DNA from: Planctomycetota bacterium
Lineage (GTDB): Bacteria > Planctomycetota > UBA11346
Direction of reading: 5' to 3'
NCBI GenBank assembly: GCA_041641915.1
Contig: JBEPXK010000001.1
Span: forward strand, 1-26,344
DNA: 26,344 nt
Both the position numbers and the translations under genes were made by a program. Positions 7,543 to 16,100 of this stretch are shown one piece after another. How positions within the stretch are numbered: the first letter of the stretch is position 1; the number at the start of each line of letters is the position of its first letter. The notes under the pieces are model-generated. The model was not told the origin of the DNA. It worked only from the letters and a program-made list of their open reading frames with translations, and made no database searches.

Positions 7543-10257
7543 TTGGTAGACGTGCGCCCCGCAATGCAGGAGCACCAACAGCAGGCGAGTAATCGACCGG
7601 ACGCCCCAGGCGATCAGGCCGATGCCCCCCCGTCGGAAGGCCGACGGCAACGGTGCTTCACCCTCCGGGCGCTGACGCTCGGGGCGGTCCTGACCGTGGT
7701 CTTCGCCCTGATCACCCCCTGGAACGACTGGTTCCTCGAGAACACCTCGCTCTATCTCCACTATCTGCCGCCGGCGGTGCTGCTGGTCATCCTGGTCATG
7801 GTGCTGGTGGTCAATCCCCTGCTCGGCCGACGCCGGTTCGCGCAGGGAGAACTGGTGGTGGTGGTGGCGATGCTGCTGGCCCTCGGCGGCGTGGTCAGCA
7901 GCGGCCTGGTCCGCTACCTGCCCGGCATGATCACCCTGCCCGCGACCCGGCTCAAACCGGGCGGCACCTACGAACGACTGCGCGAACCGCTCGGTCCGGA
8001 GGACCAGGCCGCCGCGCGCGCGCGCTTTGAGCGCCACCTCGCACGCCGTTTCGCACGGCTGGATGCCGACGGCAACGATACACTCAGCCCCAACGAACTC
8101 GGCGACGCCAACGCGCTCGCCACCGCCGACAGCGACAACGATGGCGCCGTGTCGCTGCCCGAGTACCGCGCCCACATCCTGCAGCAGGATCCGGACGCCC
8201 TGCCCGACGCCCGCTGGGCGCTGCCGCACGAGCTCTTCCTCGGCATCCCCCCGGTGGGCACGATCGCGCGTGACGATCCCGAATACCGCTACGTGGTCGA
8301 AGGCTACCTCAACGGCCTCGCCACCGCCGCCCAGGACGACGTGCGCCACCGTGCGCGCGTCACCTGGACCGAAGACGGCCAGCGCAATCAGGGCGAGGCG
8401 CTCGCCGGGCGCACGGCGATCGACCGCGGCATCGCCGGCGACACCGGCTTCCTCGATCTGGAGACCAGCCGGGTCGGCCAGGCGCTGCGCGGGCTCGAAC
8501 CGGGCGACCGGACCACGGTGGATACCGGGCGCAGCCACACCGCTGGGCCCGGCGAGACCGTGGGCGCGATCGCCCAGCGCTATTACGGCGACCCGGCCGC
8601 GGCCCCGGCGCTGCGCGCGGCAAATCCGCAGCTCGGCCCGGACGCGCAACCGGCACCGGGCACCACGCTCACCGTGCCGGTCCGGCTCACGGTCGAGGCG
8701 GTCGCGGATCCGCCCACGCCCTATTGGGCCTGGGTGGACCCGCTGCTGGCCTGGGCGCCGCTGCTGCTCGGCGCCTTCATCGCATCGATCGCCACGGCCT
8801 TCGTCCTCCGCCGCCAATGGATCCACCACGAACGCCTGCCCTACCCCATCGGCCAGGTGATGCTCTCCCTGCTCGAGCCGGCGCCACCGCGTCGCTCGTT
8901 CAACGCGCTGTTCACCAACCACGGCTTCTGGGCCGGCTTCGTGATCGTCTTCCTGCTGGTGTTGTGGAACGGCCTGGCGCGCTGGGGCCTGGTCGAGGTC
9001 GGCTTCCAGACGGTGTTCGACTTCTATAACGGTCCCGACGCTCCGTTCCAGGGCAGCCCCTGGCGTCAGGCCTACCGTCCGGCATTCCTCTTCATCCCCC
9101 GGATCTCCTTCAGCATCATCGCCCTGACCTTCTTCCTCGCGCTCGACCTCAGCTTCAGCCTGTGGTTCGCCTTCGTCGCGATCAACATCCTGTTCCTCGT
9201 CTCCTACAGCAGCGGAATCCCGCTGCACAAGGCGGACGTGCAGCAGGCGGGCGTCGGCGGCTACGCGGTGATGTGTCTGCTGATCCTCTGGCTGGGGCGC
9301 TCCCACTACCTCGCCCTGTTGCGCGCGGCCTTCACCGGACGCGGCGACGAACAGACGCGGCGTACCGTCCCGTACGTCTGGGCGCTGATCATCGGCGCCG
9401 TGACCATGGTCCTTGCCCTGGTCAGCTACGGGGCGGGGCCCGGCGCGAGCACCCTGGCGGTGCTGCTGTTCCTCGGTTTCATGCTGGTGGTCAGCCGGAT
9501 CGTGGCCGAAACCGGGATCCCCTTCATCCAGGTGCCGAACGAATGGACCGTCAACAGCGTGCTCTTCAGCGCGGTGGGCTTCAGCATGCCCCCCTCGGCG
9601 CTGATGCCGCTGACCCTCATCGGCATCAGCCTGATGGCCGACACCCGCGAATCGCTGATGCCCTACGCGGTCCAGACCTCGTATCTCGCCGACCACAGCG
9701 GAGCACCACCACGCCGCACCGGTGCAGTCATGCTGGTGGTCGTCTGCATCGGGATGCTGATCGCCGGCGCCTCGATGCTACGCCATGCCTACAGCGGCGA
9801 CGGACCCAAAGACACCAGCTGGCCCGGCTATCTGCTCGAGACCCAGGCCTTGAAGAAGGTCGCCGGTGGCATCCGGACCGAGGAACGTGCCGCGACCGAC
9901 CACGCCGCCCACGCCCACCAGGAACGCCAACAGCAACGCACCTGGACCGCCTACGGTGCCGGCGCCGGTCTGGTCGCCACGCTCGGCGTGCTGCGGATGT
10001 TCTTCGCTTGGTGGCCGCTGCATCCGATCGGCTTCCTCGCCGCCACCTCCTACCCCGCCTGGCTGATGTGGTTCAGCTTCCTGCTCGGCTGGGCATGGAA
10101 GGCGGGGGTGATGCGCTATGGCGGCTCCGGCGCTTATCATCGGCTCAAGGCGGTGGCCATCGGCATGATCGCCGGCGAGATGACCGCGCTGATCCTCTTC
10201 ATCATACTCAAGATCGCCAACCCGGACCGTCTCGGCGCCCTACGGATCCTCGGATGA
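7543..10257 (+). CDS. DUF6785/DUF6784-like multi-TM membrane protein with inserted EF-hand pair, GreA-C-like and LysM domains
   Basis: N-terminal FTLRALTLGAVL...LPPAVLL...NPLL...GELVVV and C-terminal WWPLHPIG...WFSFLLGWAWKAGVMRYGG...Y recall DUF6785/DUF6784. EF loops at 8062-8097 and 8128-8163; LysM at 8536-8679. Start is TTG 7543 (GAGGA upstream) or ATG 7564. Confidence 0.75.
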   Translation: MVDVRPAMQEHQQQASNRPDAPGDQADAPPSEGRRQRCFTLRALTLGAVLTVVFALITPWNDWFLENTSLYLHYLPPAVLLVILVMVLVVNPLLGRRRFAQGELVVVVAMLLALGGVVSSGLVRYLPGMITLPATRLKPGGTYERLREPLGPEDQAAARARFERHLARRFARLDADGNDTLSPNELGDANALATADSDNDGAVSLPEYRAHILQQDPDALPDARWALPHELFLGIPPVGTIARDDPEYRYVVEGYLNGLATAAQDDVRHRARVTWTEDGQRNQGEALAGRTAIDRGIAGDTGFLDLETSRVGQALRGLEPGDRTTVDTGRSHTAGPGETVGAIAQRYYGDPAAAPALRAANPQLGPDAQPAPGTTLTVPVRLTVEAVADPPTPYWAWVDPLLAWAPLLLGAFIASIATAFVLRRQWIHHERLPYPIGQVMLSLLEPAPPRRSFNALFTNHGFWAGFVIVFLLVLWNGLARWGLVEVGFQTVFDFYNGPDAPFQGSPWRQAYRPAFLFIPRISFSIIALTFFLALDLSFSLWFAFVAINILFLVSYSSGIPLHKADVQQAGVGGYAVMCLLILWLGRSHYLALLRAAFTGRGDEQTRRTVPYVWALIIGAVTMVLALVSYGAGPGASTLAVLLFLGFMLVVSRIVAETGIPFIQVPNEWTVNSVLFSAVGFSMPPSALMPLTLIGISLMADTRESLMPYAVQTSYLADHSGAPPRRTGAVMLVVVCIGMLIAGASMLRHAYSGDGPKDTSWPGYLLETQALKKVAGGIRTEERAATDHAAHAHQERQQQRTWTAYGAGAGLVATLGVLRMFFAWWPLHPIGFLAATSYPAWLMWFSFLLGWAWKAGVMRYGGSGAYHRLKAVAIGMIAGEMTALILFIILKIANPDRLGALRILG

Positions 10258-11156
10258 ACGACCAGCCCAGCCGCCTCTTCGCCATCCACGGATTCTACTT
10301 CCGCATTCCCGCCACCTGGGAGCTGCGGGTGAACAAGGGCTACTGGGGCAACGGCTATGAGATGTTCATCGATCATCGCACGCCGACGCTCAACCTGACC
10401 TGGGAGCGCTTCAGCCGCACCCCGGACTACGACCGCACGGTCACGCGCATGGCCAAGCGCGCAACCCAACACAGCGACCTCAAGCTCACGCGTACCGACC
10501 CGCTCACCGGCACGCGTCAGGGCCGACGCGTGCGCCTGGAGGGCAGCGAAGGCGTGTTCCACGCCGCAGTGGTCCGGCCCGATCCGGACGTGAATCTGGT
10601 GCTGGTCATCCGCCAGATGCTCCCCGGTTCGGCGCTGCCGCTCAACCGCCTGATCGATAGCGTCAAGGCGCTGGGCGAAGACGCGCCCACCCCCTGGCGC
10701 TTCCACGGCCTGGCCCTGGACCTGCCGCCGTGGTGGCGCCTGCACGGGACCGAACACATGGTCGGGCTGACGCGTGCGGTCTGGTTCCATCGCCCCAAGA
10801 ACCGCCTCAAGACCGCCGGCGTGCTGGTATTACGGCGCTATGCCTGCGCCAGCCGCATCCTGCGCGAAACCACCATCGATCAGTGGGTCGAGGAGCGGCT
10901 GGAGAAGCGCGAGACAATGCGCCAACGCGCGTACGCCTCGGACGGTACCTTCTCCGCCATCGCGGACGCCCCGGGGCTTTCGCCATGGCGACGCCTGCGT
11001 GGCGTGCGCGAAGAACGGCATCTGGCCGCTTGGATCGAAGAAGGGGAAGACCGGCTCGTGATACAGGAATGGAAGGGAGCGGGACCGCCACTGCCGCTCT
11101 TGCGTTATCCGCAAGACCCCGAGGATGGTGCGCTTCCGCGAATGGAGAATACCTAG
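10254..11156 (+). CDS. Hypothetical 300-aa soluble protein with two PsbP/DcrB-like repeats
   Basis: ATGA overlap with the upstream gene (true start inside track ORF 9162..11156). Internal repeat LFAIHGFYFRIPATWEL / WRFHGLALDLPPWWRL; no signal peptide or TM seen. Confidence 0.75.
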   Translation: MNDQPSRLFAIHGFYFRIPATWELRVNKGYWGNGYEMFIDHRTPTLNLTWERFSRTPDYDRTVTRMAKRATQHSDLKLTRTDPLTGTRQGRRVRLEGSEGVFHAAVVRPDPDVNLVLVIRQMLPGSALPLNRLIDSVKALGEDAPTPWRFHGLALDLPPWWRLHGTEHMVGLTRAVWFHRPKNRLKTAGVLVLRRYACASRILRETTIDQWVEERLEKRETMRQRAYASDGTFSAIADAPGLSPWRRLRGVREERHLAAWIEEGEDRLVIQEWKGAGPPLPLLRYPQDPEDGALPRMENT

Positions 11157-11530
11157 TGTCCAACCCGGCGCGACTGGACGCCGAAACCGTCGCCGAGGCG
11201 GTCCCCCGATTGCGGGAGGATGTCACCGTCTCGCAGGCCCCGGATGGGGCGATCCGCCTGCGTAGCGCCGAGCTCCGTCGCACCCGGCTCGGATCGGTGT
11301 TGGCCTGGTTGTTCCGCCTGCCCCTGCGGATCGAAGTCGAGCTGGACGAGATCGGTAGTTGGGTCGTCGCCCGGATGGATGGGCGATCGATGCAGGATAT
11401 CGCCACCGATCTCGCCGCCGACCGCAAGCTCACACTGCGTGAAGCCGAAGCCGCACTGACCGTTTTCGTCCAGTCGCTGCTCGCCCGGCGGCTCCTCACG
11501 CTCGAAGGGTTGATCAGGAGTTGTGCATGA
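11156..11530 (+). CDS. PqqD-family (RiPP recognition element, RRE) protein, 124 aa
   Basis: GTG 11156 overlaps the upstream TAG; GGAG RBS. VELDEIGSWVVARMDGRSMQDIATDLAADRKLTLREAEAALTVFVQSLLARRLL matches the PqqD pattern (LDxxGxxIWxxxDGxxTVxEI...L...L). Confidence 0.85.
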   Translation: MSNPARLDAETVAEAVPRLREDVTVSQAPDGAIRLRSAELRRTRLGSVLAWLFRLPLRIEVELDEIGSWVVARMDGRSMQDIATDLAADRKLTLREAEAALTVFVQSLLARRLLTLEGLIRSCA

Positions 11531-13167
11531 CCGAGATGCCCGAAGACATCGCCAAACGCAAGCTGGCCATGCTGGGCAAGCCGCCGATCCTGCCACTGAG
11601 CGTCCCGGCGCGCGTCGCCTGGGGATCGATCCGCATCCGTCTCTCCCGCAGCCTGGTGACCGTCTCGTCGGTCATCCTCGCCGTGGCCTTTCTGCTCGTG
11701 GTGCTCGGTGAAAGCCTCAGCACCACCGCGGTCTACCACACCTACAAGCGCCAGAACCGGCCGTTGGAGCGGGTGCAGACCCTGCACGCGGTGCTCGAAC
11801 GCCCCCGCAAGCGCATCGAACTGCTGCGGCTGCTCGCCGAGCAACCCGATCAGACGCGCTCCTGGCTCGCGAGCCACGACCTCGACCTGCCGCCGGCCTA
11901 CGAACCGCGTCATGCCGTCGCCCTGCTGACCCTGGCCGAATGGGCCAACGAACTCCAGCCCATCGCCCGCTACAAGATGCTCGGCAATCGCGATACCGCC
12001 GACTGGCTGTTCTCGCTGACCAGCGCAGAGCGCACCGAACAGGTGATCGCCAAGGCCCGCACCATCAACAGCCGGGCGCTGCCCTTCGGCCAGGTCGAGC
12101 TGGCCAACCTCAGCGAGAAGGTGCCGCTGGTCGAACAGGCGGTAGCAGCCGCAGTCACGGTCGAACGCGCGCGTCATCGCACCGTGCAGGAAGCCGGCGG
12201 CTCGAAAGCGGTCCTGCGCGAGCTGCGCGACCAGGGCGACCGGGAAGCGGTGGCGGCCATGGGCCTGCCGCTGCACCAGGTCCTGCCCGAGCTCGACCAG
12301 GCGGGCATGCGCGAGTTGCGCAACGAACTGGCCTTTGAGCCCTTGCGCGACCAGGCGCAGGAGATCGTCGCCACCATCAACCGGGTGTTCTCGCGCCTGC
12401 GCCCGTTGGGCATCCTCGCCCTGGCCAACGAGGACCTGCTGCAGGAAGGCGAGGGCTACGCCGCCGAGCTGCGCGAGCTGCTTGGGGAGCAAACGGCAAA
12501 CCAGGCCATCGCCGCCCTGGTCGAGGAACGCAGCCTGAAGCCCCTGCAACAGGCGCTCACCCAAGCAGAGGATGACGAGAACGCGCGCAAGACCATCGAT
12601 GTGGGCATCTCGGCCGAAGCCCGCTCGCTGCTGCTGTGGAAGCTGGCCGACCAGTTGACTGCAGAAGAACGCGAGCAGCTCGAAGCCTTCCTCGCCGAAC
12701 ACCGCGCGCTGTTCAACCTGCGTGATACCTTCCTCGATATCGGCTTCGATCCCGAGGGCACCCAAGAGAAGACCTTCTGGCTGCTGGTGCTTTCGATGCT
12801 CGTGTGCATCGTCGGGATCGTCAATTCGATGATGATGGCGGTGACCGAGCGTTTCCTCGAGATCGCGACCATGAAATGCCTCGGGGCGATGGACAGCTTC
12901 ATCCTCAAGGCCTTCCTGATCGAATCGGGCACCGTCGGCCTGGCCGGCAGCGTCCTCGGCGCCGTGCTCGGCGTGGGCATCGTGCTGGTCCAGGCCTCGG
13001 CCCGCTTCGGCAGCATCTACTGGGCCAGTTTCCCCGCCGCCGACCTCGCCAAGGCCGCCGGCGCCGCGCTGGTGACCGGTCTGGTCCTGACCATCGTCGG
13101 CGCGCTGCTCCCGGCCTACAAGGCTGCGCGCATGCACCCCATCGAAGCAATGAGATTGGAAGCCTGA
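11527..13167 (+). CDS. MacB/FtsX-type ABC permease
   Basis: ATGA overlap. N-terminal RLSRSLVTVSSVILAVAFL TM, about 350-aa helical loop, FtsX domain VGIVNSMMMAVTERFLEIATMKCLGA...FLIESGTVGLAGSVLG with 3 TMs. Confidence 0.9.
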   Translation: MTEMPEDIAKRKLAMLGKPPILPLSVPARVAWGSIRIRLSRSLVTVSSVILAVAFLLVVLGESLSTTAVYHTYKRQNRPLERVQTLHAVLERPRKRIELLRLLAEQPDQTRSWLASHDLDLPPAYEPRHAVALLTLAEWANELQPIARYKMLGNRDTADWLFSLTSAERTEQVIAKARTINSRALPFGQVELANLSEKVPLVEQAVAAAVTVERARHRTVQEAGGSKAVLRELRDQGDREAVAAMGLPLHQVLPELDQAGMRELRNELAFEPLRDQAQEIVATINRVFSRLRPLGILALANEDLLQEGEGYAAELRELLGEQTANQAIAALVEERSLKPLQQALTQAEDDENARKTIDVGISAEARSLLLWKLADQLTAEEREQLEAFLAEHRALFNLRDTFLDIGFDPEGTQEKTFWLLVLSMLVCIVGIVNSMMMAVTERFLEIATMKCLGAMDSFILKAFLIESGTVGLAGSVLGAVLGVGIVLVQASARFGSIYWASFPAADLAKAAGAALVTGLVLTIVGALLPAYKAARMHPIEAMRLEA

Positions 13168-13174
13168 CCAACCG

Positions 13175-16100
13175 ATGCGCCATATCCGACATCTGCCCCG
13201 TCTCTGCTGCCTCCTGCTCGTCGCCACCGCCGCCACCGCGGTCGAACCGGCGCTCAGCCCCGACCTCGAGCGGGTCCGTGCGCATGCCGAGGCCCTCCTC
13301 GCCATCCCCGATCGCTCCATGGGCTCGCCCGGCGCCGATGCCGCCGCCGATCTCATCCGCGAGCGCCTCGACGCCCTCGGACTGGAGGCCGATCGCATAC
13401 GCGAGGCCCGGACCACGGTCACCGTCCCGGTCGATCACGGCAGTTCGCTGCGCGTCGCCGCCGAGGGCGGTGAGACCATCATCCAGCTCGCGCCGCATGT
13501 TCCCAATGGCGCAGCACTCAACACCACCGGCGGCGAGCCGATCACCGGCCCGCTGGTGATCCTCGGTCGTGGCGACGCCGCGGCGCTGCGCGCCCACGGC
13601 AAGGATTTGCCAGGCAGCATCGTGGTGCTCGATGGCGATTCCGGCGACGCCTGGCTCGACTGTGCCGAAATGGGCGCCCTGGCGGTCATCTTCCGCAAGA
13701 GCGAACGCATCGACCACCATCAGCTCACGCAGCAGTTCGTCACCGCCAGCCTCTCCTTCCCCCGCTTCGTCGGCGAAATCGACGACGCGCTCCAGGGCGC
13801 CGAGGCGACGCTGACCAGCACCGTGACCATGGAACGGCGCAACGTGCGCACCCTCTGCGCCCTGATCGAAGGCGAGATCGGCCAGCACACCGCGGTCCTC
13901 GCCAGCGGGTACGAAGCCGCTGGCCTGATCCCCGGCCACGATCCCGCCGCGACCCGCGCCTGGAACGCCGCGCTCCTGCTCGAACTCGGACGCCAATTCG
14001 CGGAGCATCCGCCACGCAACAACATCCTGCTGGTATTCCACGGCGGACGGGCCGAGCACTTCCGCGGTCTGCGCATGCTGCTCGCCAGCCTCAACGATCC
14101 GGCCCTGAGCCAGAACGAGAACACCACCGCGATCGAGGCCAAGCGCCTCGCACTGGATATCTGGCGTACCGAACAGGTCCGCCGGGCCTTCACCGCATTC
14201 CTCGACCAGACCGACGAAGCCTCGCCCGAAACCATCACCATCGCCAAACTCGAGGAATTGCTGCGCGCGATCAACGAGGATACCCTCGAACCCTTCCTCG
14301 AGGAGGACGAGCCGCAGGCGACCACCGCCACGATACCGGAAGCCGATGCCAAGCAGGTGCGTCGCGGGGTGGTCAATCGCATCCTGGCGGTGTTCTTCAC
14401 CGCCGGCCTGATGCTGGTGTTTTTCATCCGTTGGCGGACCGGCCGGCCGGGCTGGTTCCTGCTCACGGCGATCGCCATCGGCGGCGGACTGGTCATCTAC
14501 CAGCTGGTCGCACCGGTCGAACCGGAAACGATCGTGACCGAAGTGGCCGAGGAGCGCAAACAGGTCGAGGACCTCGGGCTCGCCTTCCTCTCCGAGGAGG
14601 CCGGTCGCCGGGCCGACCAGGAACAACCGGTGGTCGAACGTCTGCGCCTCTACACCAAACTGACCGAGAAACAGAAGGTCAGCGCGGAGAACCGGCTGCA
14701 GAGACTGCTGTTGCAGGAAGAACTCGAAGCCCTGCGCGGCGAGGCCCTGCCCAGCGACCGGGAGCGACTCGTGAAGCTGACCGCCGACCTCGGCGACCAC
14801 ATCCAGTTGATGCGCGACGTGCAGCAGAAGCTGGGCAAGATGGAGCTCAACGACCGCGAGGCCGCGGTGGTCCGCCCGATGATCCTCGATCTGCTCGGCG
14901 ATTCGGACGAGGCCGACACGATCATCGGCAGCCACCTGCGCACGCTGCGTCTGCGCCACCGCGACCTCCAGGATGCGCTCGCGATCCAAGAGATGGTCGG
15001 CCCGGGCCGCACCGCCCTACTGATCGGCTTCGACCTGACCGACGGCAACTGCGCCTTCTCCGCCGCGGTGCTCGGCTCGATCGCCGCCGCCGCCAAGAAG
15101 CTGACCTGGATCGGCAACGAGTGCCAGCGGGTGGCCCATGATCTGGACACCGATCACCTCGACGGCGCGCTCGCTTTCGACCCCTCCCCCTACGGCCAGC
15201 ACCACGGCAGCCCCACGGCGTGGTGGCCGCAATTCTACGCGCACGAGGCCGGCGTCGCCAACCTCTACCTCAACGCGCTGACCCTCTCGACGGTCAACGA
15301 CAAGCGCGCCAAGATCGGCACGCCCCAGGACACCGCCGCCGCCTTCGATACCGGAACCGGCGAGGGTCCGGGATATTTCGCCCGTCAGACCCGGGGCCTG
15401 ACCGCCCTGGTGCGCGACCTGGTCGAAAACACCAATTACACCAGCAAACGCCTCGACCTGGTCAAGAAGGGCCTGGCCTGGAAGACGGTCGAAATGCAGA
15501 CCGAGAGCCGCGGCAGCGCCACCGGCCTCAAGGGCTTCCCCTTCGGTGAGCTCCACGTCCAGGAAGGCCCGGCGCTGGGCTACTTCCCCGACGTGCGCCC
15601 GGTGCAGATCTTCTGGACCGACGCCTTCGGCAAGGTCACCGTCCCCTGGCTGCCGAACCAGCTCAACGAACCCAACCCCGGTACCTGGGCGCTGCTTCCC
15701 TTCGCCCACGATTCCGTCGGCCGGCTGACCCATGTGCTGACCGTCGGCAAGCAGAAGACCGCCGGGCTCAACGCGCAGGGCTTCGACGTCAAGGGCTCGC
15801 TGCGCGACATGCTCACGCAGGTCTTCGCCTGCCAGACCAGCCAGCTCTACAACCTGACCAATCCGCGTTCGATGATGCCGCTCAACGAGGTCCGGGTGCT
15901 CAGCTCCAGCCGTGACGCCCCACCCGATGCGAGCTATTTCGAGAGCGACGGCCAGGTCGCTGCCGTGTTCGCGACCAAGGGCACCCGCCTGCGCATCATC
16001 GCCCGCCAGGGCTCCGTCGGCCGCGAATACCTCCTGCTCGGCGACCACGAACAGGGCGACGAATTCCTCGGCCTGCGTCCCGGTGGCCCGTTGAACTCGG

